A stretch of 64,000 nucleotides of DNA, taken from the NCBI GenBank assembly GCA_965242965.1, contig OZ251518.1, positions 480,001 through 544,000 on the forward strand. The letters run 5' to 3'. Made by a program: the position numbers and the translations under genes. The DNA is from Candidatus Poribacteria bacterium (GTDB lineage Bacteria > Poribacteria > WGA-4E > WGA-3G). Below, piece by piece: positions 10,610 to 21,074 of this stretch (the first letter of the stretch is position 1; every line of letters begins with the position of its first letter). The notes beneath the pieces were generated by a model that saw only the letters and a program-made list of their open reading frames with translations, made no database searches and was not told the DNA's origin.

Positions 10610-11251
10610 ATGAACACGCATAAACTCCGCAGAGAATACGCCGCCCACGGTGGGCTCATTGAGGAAAACGCCGCCAAAGAGCCGTTTGAGCAGTTCAAGC
10701 AATGGTTCGCCGATGCTGTCGCCGCCGAACTTGACCTGCCGGATGCGATGACGCTGGCGACTGCAACGCCAGATGGAATACCCTCCGCCAGGATGGTCGT
10801 CCTTAGAGGTTTTGATGCGAACGGCTTCTGTTTCTATACAGATTACGACAGCCAAAAGGGAAAAGAGCTCGCACAAAATCCGCACGCCGCGCTTGTCTTC
10901 TATTGGCGTGAGTTGGACCGGCAGGTGCGGAGCGTCGGTACTGTGGAAAAGATGTCGGTGGCAGAATCGGATGCTTACTTCGCGAGTCGGCCGGTAGGGA
11001 GCCAACTTGCGGTGTGGACAGAACGTCAAAGCCGCGTCATCGCCGGACGCGAGCATCTGGAAGCAGGCTTCGCGCGCGCAAAACAAACGTATGCCGAGGG
11101 GAATATCCCGCGTCCATCGGAGTGGGGTGGGTATCGGCTAGTGCCAACGCTGTTTGAATTTTGGCAGGGGTGTCCCAATCGGCTGCACGATAGGCTTTGC
11201 TACACGCTACAATCGGACGGGACGTGGGAAATGACGCGTCTTTCGCCTTGA
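10610..11251 (+). CDS. pdxH: Pyridoxamine 5'-phosphate oxidase
   Basis: LRREY, AMTLATA, PSARMVVL, RQVR, YFASRP, WGGYR, EFWQG..NRLHDR, RLSP. Confidence 0.95.
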   Translation: MNTHKLRREYAAHGGLIEENAAKEPFEQFKQWFADAVAAELDLPDAMTLATATPDGIPSARMVVLRGFDANGFCFYTDYDSQKGKELAQNPHAALVFYWRELDRQVRSVGTVEKMSVAESDAYFASRPVGSQLAVWTERQSRVIAGREHLEAGFARAKQTYAEGNIPRPSEWGGYRLVPTLFEFWQGCPNRLHDRLCYTLQSDGTWEMTRLSP

Positions 11252-11499
11252 ATTTCGTTTGCAAAATTTTTTTTCGTAAAAAAACTTGCAATAATTTTTG
11301 AAATATGCGAAAATAAAAAGCAGGTGGTAAAAACTTTAGTTAAATCTGTCTGAATTAATTGTCGGTAGGCGGGTATTCTCGGTCCCGGCACACCGAAGAA
11401 ATCGATGCCGGGCGGGTGCGACGACGGTGTTGCATCGAGACCGGGAGGTCTCTCCTACTGAGGGCACGGCTCTTCTACGGAGAAAATAGACGAGAACCA

Positions 11500-11868
11500 A
11501 TGTTAATCAATTATCTTCCGATTTTAATGTTAGTGCTTTTCGCAGTGCTTTTTGCGGCGATAAACCTCGCGCTGACCCATATTCTTGGACCGAAACGGCC
11601 GACGCACACGAAGTTGTCCGTTTACGAATCCGGCGTGCGCCCTGTCGGCGATGCGAGGCAGCGGTTTACTATCCGCTTCGACCTCATCGCGATGCTCTTT
11701 ATCATTTTTGACATCGAGGTGGTTTTCCTCTACCCTTGGGCCGTCGTCTTCAAGAAATTCTCGGCGGAAAGTGGGATGTTTATCTTTGTGGAGATGCTGG
11801 TGTTCATCGGCATTCTCCTGCTTGGCTATATTTATGCATGGAAAAAAGGGGGCTTGACATGGGATTAG
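11500..11868 (+). CDS. nuoA: NADH-quinone oxidoreductase subunit A
   Basis: [28 protein letters not shown]; start placed at ATG 11500. Confidence 0.95.
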   Translation: MLINYLPILMLVLFAVLFAAINLALTHILGPKRPTHTKLSVYESGVRPVGDARQRFTIRFDLIAMLFIIFDIEVVFLYPWAVVFKKFSAESGMFIFVEMLVFIGILLLGYIYAWKKGGLTWD

Positions 11869-12383
11869 ATTTTGGCGGTGCGCGGAACCTGTCCGCTGAT
11901 GGCGGCCCGGTGGACGGAAATATCATCACGACGACTATTGATAAGGTGGCGAATTGGGGTAGAAAAAACTCGCTGTGGCCGATGCCGTTCGGCACGGCGT
12001 GCTGCGCGATAGAGATGATGGCGACTTTGGCTGCCAAGTTCGATCTTTCGCGTTTCGGTTCGGAGGCGATCCGCTTCTCGCCGCGGCAGTCCGATCTGCT
12101 CATCGTATCCGGGCGCATCTCGATTAAGATGATGCCCGTGCTGAAACGCATCTATGACCAGATGCCGGAACCGAAGTGGGTTATCTCCATGGGCGCGTGC
12201 GCTTCCTGCGGCGGCGTGTTTGATACCTATACGCTCATCCAAGGCGTAGATCAGTTCATTCCGGTGGATGTCTACATCCCCGGATGCCCGCCTCGCCCGG
12301 AAGACCTGATTGACGCGGTGATACAGGTGCAACAGAAAATCGCCGGCGGCGAAGTGCCGAAAGGCGTAGAGGTGGCGGTATGA
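11859..12383 (+). CDS. nuoB: NADH-quinone oxidoreductase subunit B
   Basis: [38 protein letters not shown]. Confidence 0.96.
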   Translation: MGLDFGGARNLSADGGPVDGNIITTTIDKVANWGRKNSLWPMPFGTACCAIEMMATLAAKFDLSRFGSEAIRFSPRQSDLLIVSGRISIKMMPVLKRIYDQMPEPKWVISMGACASCGGVFDTYTLIQGVDQFIPVDVYIPGCPPRPEDLIDAVIQVQQKIAGGEVPKGVEVAV

Positions 12384-12922
12384 GCGAAGAACAAACCGCA
12401 GCCGAATCTCCGCTCGTCCTCCAGAAACTGCAGGAGCACTACGCGGACGCGCTATTAGCGCATAACGAGACGCAGGACGGCATTGCTGTCGTTGTCGGCA
12501 AAGAGAAGGCTTACGCGCTCTTGGAATACCTCAAGAACGAGGCGGAACTGGGGTATGCCTACCTCGTCGATGTCACGGCGGTTGACAATTCGCAGCTGGA
12601 ATCGGAGTTGGTGAAATATGATTACGCCCGGTTCATGGTGGTGTATCACCTGTATTCGTATCAGGGGCACTGTCGGGTGCGTGTTAAGGTGCCGGTGCAT
12701 GAACGGGATTTGCGCGTGCGTTCTGTCACGAGTTTGTGGAAGGGCGCGAATTGGTTGGAGCGCGAGACCTACGACATGTTTGGGATAGCGTTTGAGGGGC
12801 ACCCAGACCTCCGACGGATTTTGATGCCGGACGATTTCGATGGGCATCCGCTCCGCAAGGATTATCCGCTCCGCGGCCGCGGCGAGCGCGAGAGTTTCAA
12901 TTTTGAACGGCAGAACGTATAA
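12380..12922 (+). CDS. nuoC: NADH-quinone oxidoreductase subunit C
   Basis: [41 protein letters not shown]. Confidence 0.95.
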   Translation: MSEEQTAAESPLVLQKLQEHYADALLAHNETQDGIAVVVGKEKAYALLEYLKNEAELGYAYLVDVTAVDNSQLESELVKYDYARFMVVYHLYSYQGHCRVRVKVPVHERDLRVRSVTSLWKGANWLERETYDMFGIAFEGHPDLRRILMPDDFDGHPLRKDYPLRGRGERESFNFERQNV

Positions 12923-12991
12923 CGACATTTCTGACCGGGAGGCGGGACCGCCCCGATTTTGGGAGGGGATGTTGAGTGATAGGAGTCTACT

Positions 12992-14188
12992 ATGCACGCT
13001 GAGCTGGAGCGGGCGACTGGGGAGAAAATGGTTCTCAACTTCGGCCCGCAACATCCGGCGACACACGGCACATTGCGCATCGTGTTAGAACTGGATGGCG
13101 AATCGATTTTGAAAGCGACACCGCACCTCGGATACCTGCATACCGGATTCGAGAAGTTGGGGGAACATCTGGATTACAACCAGTTCATCGTCGTCACCGA
13201 CCGGATGAACTACCTGTCCCCGCTTTCCAACAACTTCGGGTATGTGCTTGCTGTGGAGCAGTTGCTCGGCATTGAGGTGCCGAAGCGGTGTCAATATATC
13301 CGCATTTTGATGGCAGAGTTGTCGCGGCTGGCAGACCATTTGCTATGGCTAGGCACTGCGGCTCTCGACTTGGGCGCGTTTTCGGTGTTCCTCTACAGTT
13401 TCCGCGAACGCGAGAAGTTGTATAGTATTTTTGAGAAAACGACCGGGGCGCGATTGACGACGAGTTACACGCGCGTCGGGGGTGTGCTACGCGACCTTTA
13501 CGCTGGGTTCGATGAAGACGTGCGGCAATTCATCACTAATTTCCCGAAGGCGTTGCGGGAGACGCATACGCTCCTCACGCGAAATCGTATCTGGATGGAT
13601 AGAACGAAGGGAGTCGGCGCGATTTCAGGCGAAGACGCGATTAATTACGGCATGACAGGCCCGTGTCTCCGTGCCACCGGTGTCGCGCACGACATCCGGA
13701 AGGCGGAACCCTACTCCTCTTACGATGAAATGACGTTTGAGGTGACGGTGGGCTCAAACGGCGATGTCTACGACAGGTATCTCGTGCGGATGGAGGAGAT
13801 GGTGCAGAGTTGCCATATCGTTCAGCAGGCACTAGATAACCTGCCTGACGGACCGGTTAACGTAGAGGATAACAAGATTTCGCTGCCGCAGAAGTCGGAT
13901 GCGTATGGGCATATTGAGGGGCTTATCCATCATTTCAAGATTATCATGGATGGGCACGGTGTGCAGCCGCCGCTAGGCGAGCACTATTGCGCGACTGAAT
14001 CGCCGAACGGCGAGCTCGGTTTCTATATTGTGAGCGATGGCAGCGGCACCGGGTATCGCATTCGCATCCGGCCGCCGAGTTTCCTGAATTTTCAGGCATT
14101 GCCGCACATGCTAGAAGGCGGCATGGTATCCGATACCGTCGCTGTGTTGGGGAGTTTGAACGTGATTGCGGGAGAGTTGGACCGGTAG
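12992..14188 (+). CDS. nuoD: NADH-quinone oxidoreductase subunit D
   Basis: LNFGPQHPATHGTLR, GYLHTGFEK, DRMNY, ESPNGELG, GELDR. Confidence 0.96.
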   Translation: MHAELERATGEKMVLNFGPQHPATHGTLRIVLELDGESILKATPHLGYLHTGFEKLGEHLDYNQFIVVTDRMNYLSPLSNNFGYVLAVEQLLGIEVPKRCQYIRILMAELSRLADHLLWLGTAALDLGAFSVFLYSFREREKLYSIFEKTTGARLTTSYTRVGGVLRDLYAGFDEDVRQFITNFPKALRETHTLLTRNRIWMDRTKGVGAISGEDAINYGMTGPCLRATGVAHDIRKAEPYSSYDEMTFEVTVGSNGDVYDRYLVRMEEMVQSCHIVQQALDNLPDGPVNVEDNKISLPQKSDAYGHIEGLIHHFKIIMDGHGVQPPLGEHYCATESPNGELGFYIVSDGSGTGYRIRIRPPSFLNFQALPHMLEGGMVSDTVAVLGSLNVIAGELDR

Positions 14189-14270
14189 TCATCTGGCACA
14201 TCGGGCCCCGAGGTCTCTCCTACCGGAAAATTGAAACCGGAAGGCGCGCATACCAAAAAATTTTAAAAAG

Positions 14271-14299
14271 TTGACAATTTTTCGGTTTTTTGGTAAAAT
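14271..14299 (+). promoter_or_regulatory. Sigma-70-type promoter internal to the nuo cluster
   Basis: TTGACA (14271-76), 17 nt spacer, TG-n-TAAAAT (14294-99), upstream of the VOC gene. Confidence 0.7.
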
Positions 14300-14331
14300 C
14301 CAACAGAGCAATTTGGGAGGGTTCTCTCATC

Positions 14332-14673
14332 ATGGAAATCGGAAGCATCATCCTTTTTGTTAAAGATATGAAGGGAGTGACATCGTTTTATCGGGATGTC
14401 GTCGGGTTAACGCCAGATGCCGAACAGCCGTTTCCTGCGCACCGCTTCTTTCGCTTTGATACTGGGCAGTGCAAACTTTGCCTACACAGTGCCAGCAAAC
14501 CGAACGAGGGGAGACAAAAGGTTGGCTTTCACGTTGAAAGTGTCAGTGCAGTGCATGCGGCACTGAAGGCGAAGGGGTTGCGTTTGCGTCCCCTGAAAAA
14601 CGAGGATGGACGCGCATGCTTTGATATTCGGGACCCCGAGAAAAACCGCATTCAGTTTTGGGGAGCCTATTAG
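14332..14673 (+). CDS. VOC/glyoxalase family protein
   Basis: IILFVKDM...FYRDVVGL, FHVESV, IRDPEKNRIQF; RBS ggagg. Confidence 0.85.
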   Translation: MEIGSIILFVKDMKGVTSFYRDVVGLTPDAEQPFPAHRFFRFDTGQCKLCLHSASKPNEGRQKVGFHVESVSAVHAALKAKGLRLRPLKNEDGRACFDIRDPEKNRIQFWGAY

Positions 14674-14793
14674 GGCAGCGCGCTAACCCGGCGCACCCCG
14701 AGCGTAGGAGAGACCTCCCGGTCTCGACTCCCCCGTAGGGCGACGCGCTGACACCGCGCACCCAGAGTGAAGAAAAAGACTAAGGAAAACTAG

Positions 14794-15312
14794 ATGTCAG
14801 AGGAACTCATACAAATTCAGCCAGCTTTTCGGTTTACCGATGAGAACCAACGTGAATTTGACGCGCTTATCGGGCACTACCCGGTGAAGGAAGCGGCGAT
14901 GCTTCCGACGCTCCATCTCGCGCAGAGGCAGGCGGGTTATGTCAGTCCCGCCGTGATGGCACACGTCGCGGAACTGCTAGAAGTCCCCATCATGAAGGTA
15001 AAGGATGTCGTGACGTTCTACCCGATGTTCTTTGAGGAGCCGGTGGGGGAGTATGTTATCCGCGTCTGCCACACGTTGCCGTGTGCGTTGCGCGATTGCA
15101 AAGTCGTGTTGGAGCATCTCAAGGCGAAACTTGACACCGATGTCGCTTCTGAGACAAACCTCGGGAAAGGCACAACCGCCGATGGAAAATTCACCTTGAT
15201 GAAGGTGGAATGCCTCGCGTCCTGCGATGTCGCCCCCGTTATCATGGTGAACGACGATTTATACAAAAACTTGACACCCGAAAAGGTGGATGAGATTTTG
15301 GATAATTTATAG
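14794..15312 (+). CDS. nuoE: NADH-quinone oxidoreductase subunit E
   Basis: VVTFYPMF, CHTLPCAL and ECLASCDVAP 2Fe-2S cysteines. Confidence 0.94.
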   Translation: MSEELIQIQPAFRFTDENQREFDALIGHYPVKEAAMLPTLHLAQRQAGYVSPAVMAHVAELLEVPIMKVKDVVTFYPMFFEEPVGEYVIRVCHTLPCALRDCKVVLEHLKAKLDTDVASETNLGKGTTADGKFTLMKVECLASCDVAPVIMVNDDLYKNLTPEKVDEILDNL

Positions 15313-15369
15313 CGGGCCCGGTGGCGAGGGCCAGTCCCTCCCCCTGCCTGCCACTTGAAGTCCGTTATT

Positions 15370-15447
15370 GTTCAAAAGGCTATCGGGCTTCAAAGAAATT
15401 GTTATTGAACGTGAAACGTAATCCTGGAAATCTTGGAAATCCTGCTC
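15370..15447. repeat. R4 repeat (aatcctggaaatcttggaaatcctg with extended core)
   Basis: Reverse-complement similarity to 20500-20560 and 5750-5800. Confidence 0.75.
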
Positions 15448-16917
15448 ATGGTTCAAGAAAAACGCATTCTGTATGAACACTTGGATGTGCCGGAGATTCA
15501 CACCTTTGATGTCTTTCGCCAGCACGATGGCTATGCTCATTTTGAGAAGGCGGTAGGCGACTACCAGCCGGACGACATCGCTAAGATGGTGATGGATGCC
15601 GGGCTGAAAGGCAGAGGCGGTGCCGGCTTTTCCACCGGGTTGAAATGGAGTTTCGTCCCGAAGGATATCAAGCCGTGTTATCTCTGTTGCAACGCCGACG
15701 AAAGCGAGCCGGGGACGTTTAGCAACCGGTATGTCTTGGAGAAAAATCCGCACCTCCTCATTGAGGGTATCCTGATTTGCTGCTACGCGATGGGCATTGA
15801 GACAACTTATGTCTACATCCGCGGCGAATTTACCCTCGGTAAGAAGATGCTGGATGCCGCTATTAAAGAGGCTTACGCCAATGGATACCTCGGCAAAAAT
15901 ATCCGCGGCACCGGACTCAACGTTGATATTTACACGCACCCCGGCGCGGGTGCCTACATCTGCGGTGAAGAAACAGGGCTCATTGAGTCGCTAGAAGGAA
16001 AACGGGGACAGCCGCGGAATAAGCCGCCATTTCCTGCAGTAGAAGGTGTGTTTCGGAAACCTACCGTCGTGCAGAACGTGGAAACGTTGTGTAATCTCCC
16101 GTTCATCGTTGGCAACGGTGTGGAGTGGTATACGGCGATGGGGCCGACGTATGGCGATGCGCGCTTCGATCCGCCGAAACCCGATCCGAATACCGGCACC
16201 AAACTCTACTGCATCAGCGGTGATGTCAACAAACCGGGTGTCTATGAGTTGGAACTGGGATTGACATGTGCTGAACTCATCGAAGTCGCGGGCGGTGTCC
16301 GCGGGAAAGAGGTAAAAGCAGTGATTCCGGGTGGCAGTTCTGCTCCGATTTTGACGCATTATGAATTGGATACGCGCCTTGATTTCACCTCGCTGACGCT
16401 CGCCAAATCGATGCTCGGTTCAGGCGGCATCATCGTGATGAACGAGACGCGCAACATCGTCGATTGCCTATTGAACATCATGAAGTTTTACGCGCATGAA
16501 TCGTGTGGGCAATGCACACCGTGCCGCTGGGGCACGCCGTGGGTGCGTGATATTGTGCAACGCATCGCCGATGGAAACGGACGGCAGAGCACCATCACTC
16601 GTCCCAGATTTGGCATCGCCGAAAACGGCAGATGGGGGGACACCGGCGAGACTGAGGAAATCTACGAAGACCTGGATTTGCTGGAGAGTGTCGCTAACAA
16701 CATCGCTAATGTGGATACGATGACGTGGAATACCATCTGCGTCTTTGGCATCGCCGTTTCGTGGCCCGCTGTCAGTTATCTGCGGAAATTCCGTCCGGAA
16801 TTCGAGGCGGCGATTCAGGAAGGACAACTGACGACGCTTTCGGTTGAGGCGGCGACGGTGCCGCCGGAGGAAAACTACGCTTACCAACAGCGCATCGTTC
16901 CGAGAGAGTTAGAATAA
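15448..16917 (+). CDS. nuoF: NADH-quinone oxidoreductase subunit F
   Basis: GRGGAGF.TGLKW, NADESEPGT, GAGAYICGEET, ESCGQCTPCR. Confidence 0.96.
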   Translation: MVQEKRILYEHLDVPEIHTFDVFRQHDGYAHFEKAVGDYQPDDIAKMVMDAGLKGRGGAGFSTGLKWSFVPKDIKPCYLCCNADESEPGTFSNRYVLEKNPHLLIEGILICCYAMGIETTYVYIRGEFTLGKKMLDAAIKEAYANGYLGKNIRGTGLNVDIYTHPGAGAYICGEETGLIESLEGKRGQPRNKPPFPAVEGVFRKPTVVQNVETLCNLPFIVGNGVEWYTAMGPTYGDARFDPPKPDPNTGTKLYCISGDVNKPGVYELELGLTCAELIEVAGGVRGKEVKAVIPGGSSAPILTHYELDTRLDFTSLTLAKSMLGSGGIIVMNETRNIVDCLLNIMKFYAHESCGQCTPCRWGTPWVRDIVQRIADGNGRQSTITRPRFGIAENGRWGDTGETEEIYEDLDLLESVANNIANVDTMTWNTICVFGIAVSWPAVSYLRKFRPEFEAAIQEGQLTTLSVEAATVPPEENYAYQQRIVPRELE

Positions 16918-17022
16918 GCCGAAGACTGCAAGAGAAGACAGCGTCTCTCCGAGTCTTTCTGACTGGTTAGGCGAGAAATCTGCCAAGTCAAACGTCAAAC
17001 AACCGCTAGGAACAACAAAAAG

Positions 17023-18663
17023 ATGGCCTTTATTAAACTGAACGAACTTGAGGTGGAGGTAGAGGATGGAACGAATGTCGTGGAAGCCGCCCGGCAGCAC
17101 GGTATTGAGGTGCCGCACTACTGCTATCACCCCGGGCTGAGCCGTCCGGCGAATTGCAGGATGTGCCTCGTTGAGCCTCACGTCTTCTTTCCACCCGCGG
17201 GGAAGATTGTGCCAGACCGGCAGCTCGCGACGGGATGCACGACGATGCTCCGCACTGCGCCGCCGGATAGAAAACTGGACGGCAAATACGATTTTATCGT
17301 CTATACCGATAGCCCGCGTGTGAAAAAGGCGCGGGAGGATATTTTGGAATTCCTTCTCGTCCATCACCCGCTGGATTGTCCCGTGTGCGATCAGGCAGGC
17401 GAATGCGACTTGCAAGATTTCTCCTATCGGCATGGACACGACAAGAGCCGCTACCTAGAGGTGAAGAACGTCCCGCCGAAGAAGGACCTCGGGCCTGATG
17501 TGTTGCTCTATTCCACGCGGTGTATCGTCTGCACGCGCTGCATTCGGTTCTGCCAAGAGGTGTCGGGCAGCAGCGAGCTCGGGTTAATCCACCGCGGTTC
17601 TCACGACGAAATCGACATTCCGCGCGCGCATAATGGCACGCCGTTGCAATTGCTCGATAATAAACTCGCCGGCAATGTAGTGGACATCTGTCCCGTTGGC
17701 GCGTTAATTAGCAAGGATTTCCTCTTCAAATCGCGTCCCTGGTTCATGAAAAAGGCGGACAGCGTCTGTGCAGGATGCAGTGTCGGCTGCAATATCACGG
17801 TGGAATACAAGGAAGATGGCGTTTACCGCCTGAAACCGCGATTCCATGGTGAGATTAACCAACATTGGATGTGCGACGATGGACGGCTCGGATACCACTA
17901 CGTCAACAGCGATGACAGGCTCCAACTGCCTCTGAAGCGGGTAGATGGCGAACTCCAACCGACGCATTGGGCTGATGCCCTGACGCAGGTTACAGAAAAG
18001 TTGTCTGAAGCAGACGCGGCAAACGTCATTATCATCGGCTCAGCGCAAGGCACGAACGAGGATAACTACGTCTTGCAGCAATTCGCGCATGAAGTGCTGA
18101 AAACAGAGCATCTCGGGCTCTTCGGTGCTTTGCAGGGTGAGGAGCATGTCTTCCCGCAGTTTACCATTGAGGCGGACAAAAATCCGAACACCGCCGGCGC
18201 GCGCCAGATGCTGAGCAACGGCACCCCGGTTTTAGAGGGTGAGGCACTCTGGCAAAAGTTCTCCGAGGCGAGCATCGTCTATCTCGTCAGTGGTGCGCCG
18301 CAACGGCCGCTTGAAGAGGCGGAGAAGGCGGCGTTGGAAAACGTGGATTTTCTTATCGTCCAAGATATCCTGCCTTCTGAGGTGACAGCGTTGGCAGATG
18401 TGGTGTTGCCTGGGACAACGTTCGTCGAAAAGGATGGCACGTTCACCAATTCCAAAGGGTGGGTGCAGCGCATTCGCAAGACGGTAGATGCCCCCGGTGA
18501 AGCGCGCGCGGACTGGGAGATTATCCAGCAGATTGCGAAGCAACTCGGCGGTGAAATGGACTACCACTTCGCTGGCGAAATCGCCATCTCTATCGCGGCA
18601 AATGTTCCGGGTTACACCGAGGCGACGCACCAGAACATCGGCGATAAGGGTGTGAAATTGTAA
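17023..18663 (+). CDS. nuoG: NADH-quinone oxidoreductase subunit G (546 aa, short form)
   Basis: PHYCYHPGL..ANCRMCLVE, HPLDCPVCDQAGECDLQ, CIVCTRCIRFC, CAGCSVGC...MCDDGR. Confidence 0.93.
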   Translation: MAFIKLNELEVEVEDGTNVVEAARQHGIEVPHYCYHPGLSRPANCRMCLVEPHVFFPPAGKIVPDRQLATGCTTMLRTAPPDRKLDGKYDFIVYTDSPRVKKAREDILEFLLVHHPLDCPVCDQAGECDLQDFSYRHGHDKSRYLEVKNVPPKKDLGPDVLLYSTRCIVCTRCIRFCQEVSGSSELGLIHRGSHDEIDIPRAHNGTPLQLLDNKLAGNVVDICPVGALISKDFLFKSRPWFMKKADSVCAGCSVGCNITVEYKEDGVYRLKPRFHGEINQHWMCDDGRLGYHYVNSDDRLQLPLKRVDGELQPTHWADALTQVTEKLSEADAANVIIIGSAQGTNEDNYVLQQFAHEVLKTEHLGLFGALQGEEHVFPQFTIEADKNPNTAGARQMLSNGTPVLEGEALWQKFSEASIVYLVSGAPQRPLEEAEKAALENVDFLIVQDILPSEVTALADVVLPGTTFVEKDGTFTNSKGWVQRIRKTVDAPGEARADWEIIQQIAKQLGGEMDYHFAGEIAISIAANVPGYTEATHQNIGDKGVKL

Positions 18664-18666
18664 GGA

Positions 18667-18762
18667 CAGGAGCAGGATTTCTAGGATTTCCAAGATGTCC
18701 AAGATGATAGGAAACGTTAAACGTAATCCTAGAAATCTTGTGAATCTTGTCTAATCCTGATT
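18667..18762. repeat. R4 inverted pair (caggattt... / ...aatcctg)
   Basis: agcaggatttctaggatttccaagat...aatcctagaaatcttgtgaatcttgtctaatcctg. Confidence 0.8.
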
Positions 18763-18768
18763 GAAACT

Positions 18769-19959
18769 ATGGATTTACCAATTAACGTTTTATTTTTGAG
18801 TTCCATCGTCAAAATCCTCATCATCGCGCATCTGCTGCTCATCGGAGTGATGGCGATGATTTGGGCGGAACGCCGCGTCAGCGGTTGGATGCAGGACAGG
18901 CTCGGCCCCAACCGTGTCGGCTTCCAAGGCATTCTTCAGCCGATTGCGGATGGCATCAAGTTCCTTCTCAAGGAAGATCTGATTCCGAATCACGTCGATA
19001 AACCGCTTTACGTGCTTGCCCCGGCGATGCTCCTGATTCCGGCGATGATATCAATTGCCGTTGTGCCGTTCGGCAGTGCAATTGAGATTGCCGGGTACAC
19101 GATTCCGATGCAGATTGCACCGGGATTGAACATCGGCATCCTTTACATTTTGGCGATTACGTCACTCGGTGTTTACGGTGTCGTGCTGGGCGCGTGGGCA
19201 TCGAACAATAAATACTCGCTGTTAGGCGGCCTGCGCTCCTCGGCGCAGATGATTAGTTATGAATTGACGCTCGGCTTGGCGATTATCGGCGTGCTAATGC
19301 TCTCCAGTTCGCTAAAGCTTGAGGATATCGCGAGGGAGCAAGGCGCGTATCCGTGGCAGTGGAATTTTCTTATCCACTTCCCTGCGTTCCTCGCGTTTAC
19401 AACGGCGATGTTCGCGGAAACGAACCGTTTGCCGTTCGATCTTGCCGAAGCGGAGCAGGAACTCGTCGCCGGTTATCATACCGAATACAGTAGCATGAAA
19501 TTCGCGATGTTCTTCATGGCAGAATACATGAATATGATTGTCGGTTCAGCGGTGACGGTGACGCTGTTCTTGGGAGGCTGGCATTTCTTTGGATTGGAGA
19601 ACCTCGGCGGACCGGTTTGGAGTGGGCTTATCTCGTTCGCGATTTTCTTCGCGAAGACAGCGTGTTTCCTGTTTGTGTTTATTTGGGTGCGGTGGACGCT
19701 CCCGCGCTTCCGGTATGATCAGCTGATGAACCTCGGTTGGAAATTCCTGTTGCCGGTGGCGTTAAGTTCCATCGTCGTAACGGGACTCCTTTGGGTAACG
19801 ACAGGCGGCAACAAACTGATTATCGGTATCGGCAACGTCGTCGCGGCGTTTATAGTCGTCGCCATTGTCGGCGGTTTGCTAGCGATGAATAAACCCCCGG
19901 AGGTTTCAACGCCGAAGATTGCGGGTTTAGACGAGTTAGAATCGGAGGTGTCGTCATGA
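18769..19959 (+). CDS. nuoH: NADH-quinone oxidoreductase subunit H
   Basis: ERRV..MQDRLGPNRVG, QPIADGIK, ETNRLPFDLAEAEQELVAGYHTEYS, PRFRYDQLM. Confidence 0.96.
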   Translation: MDLPINVLFLSSIVKILIIAHLLLIGVMAMIWAERRVSGWMQDRLGPNRVGFQGILQPIADGIKFLLKEDLIPNHVDKPLYVLAPAMLLIPAMISIAVVPFGSAIEIAGYTIPMQIAPGLNIGILYILAITSLGVYGVVLGAWASNNKYSLLGGLRSSAQMISYELTLGLAIIGVLMLSSSLKLEDIAREQGAYPWQWNFLIHFPAFLAFTTAMFAETNRLPFDLAEAEQELVAGYHTEYSSMKFAMFFMAEYMNMIVGSAVTVTLFLGGWHFFGLENLGGPVWSGLISFAIFFAKTACFLFVFIWVRWTLPRFRYDQLMNLGWKFLLPVALSSIVVTGLLWVTTGGNKLIIGIGNVVAAFIVVAIVGGLLAMNKPPEVSTPKIAGLDELESEVSS

Positions 19960-20501
19960 ATCCAGAGCAGATTCTGTTTTTCGTCTTTGGTTCGCTGTCG
20001 CTGGCGGGTGCGATTTCGGTGATTTCGTTTCGGCATCCGATTTACAGTGCGTTAGCTTTGATTGTGACGTTTTTTGCGCAGGCTGGGCTTTTCGTGCTGC
20101 TAGGCGCGCATTTTGTCGCCGCGGCGCAAGTCATCGTCTACGCGGGCGCAATTATGGTGCTGTTCCTCTTCGTGATTATGCTCCTGAACTTGGGCCGTCG
20201 CCCCGCAGGTTCTGCGGAGGGTAGGGGAAAATGGAAGGGAATTGCCGTGATTTTAGGGATTCTCTTCGCGGCGGAGGGTATCTATATCGCCGTGAACGCG
20301 CTCAACGATAATACCGCTGTTGCATCGGCGGAACCGGCGGCGGAGTCGGTAACGACTTACGATATTGGCACGCTGTTGTTCAGCAAGTATCTTCTACCTT
20401 TTGAGGTTACGTCGCTGATACTGCTGGCGGCGTTGATTGGGGTTATCGTCCTCGTCAAGCGTGAAAGTCCGAGCAAGATTTCCAGGATTACGCAAGATTA
20501 G
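19956..20501 (+). CDS. nuoJ: NADH-quinone oxidoreductase subunit J
   Basis: HPIYSAL, QVIVYAGAIMVLFLFVIMLL, YLLPFEVTS. Confidence 0.95.
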   Translation: MNPEQILFFVFGSLSLAGAISVISFRHPIYSALALIVTFFAQAGLFVLLGAHFVAAAQVIVYAGAIMVLFLFVIMLLNLGRRPAGSAEGRGKWKGIAVILGILFAAEGIYIAVNALNDNTAVASAEPAAESVTTYDIGTLLFSKYLLPFEVTSLILLAALIGVIVLVKRESPSKISRITQD

Positions 20502-20597
20502 CAGGATTACAGGATACGTTTGATAACAGTTTCTTTGAAGTCCGAGGGCGTTTTGAAACGTAATCTTGGAAATCTTGTGAATCTTGTCTAATCCTGG
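20471..20597. repeat. R4 inverted pair overlapping the nuoJ 3' end
   Basis: gagcaagatttccaggattacgcaagattagcaggattac...aatcttggaaatcttgtgaatcttgtctaatcctgg. Confidence 0.8.
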
Positions 20598-20615
20598 TCG
20601 GAAAGGGAAAAATCT

Positions 20616-20915
20616 ATGGCATTAGAATACTACCTCATGTTAAGCGCGCTTCTGTTTACCACCGGCGTTGTCGGTGTCCTCGTGCGGAGGAATGCGATTA
20701 TCATTTTTATGTGTATTGAACTGATGCTGAACGCTGCTAACCTCGCTTTCGTGGCGTTCAGTCGTAGCCTCGGCCAAACGGAGGGGCAGGTGTTCGTCTT
20801 CTTTGTGATGACGGTAGCCGCCGCCGAAGTGGCTATTGGGCTCGCGATTATTGTCAGCGTGTTTAAACACCGCCAAACGATTAACGTCGACGAGGTGAAC
20901 TCGCTCAAGGGTTGA
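20616..20915 (+). CDS. nuoK: NADH-quinone oxidoreductase subunit K
   Basis: [32 protein letters not shown]. Confidence 0.96.
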   Translation: MALEYYLMLSALLFTTGVVGVLVRRNAIIIFMCIELMLNAANLAFVAFSRSLGQTEGQVFVFFVMTVAAAEVAIGLAIIVSVFKHRQTINVDEVNSLKG

Positions 20916-21074
20916 TGTTTTTCGTTATTCGCAAGGCGTTCGGCTGGCTTCTCTCGTGCAGAGGAGGGTGTCTTACCAGGCCGAAAAGACGTTGTCTTTT
21001 CTTGGATCGCTAGCGAAAAATAGCGAAAAACGGAAATCCTGTCACGTGCCAAAATCCTGGAGATTCTGATAAAA

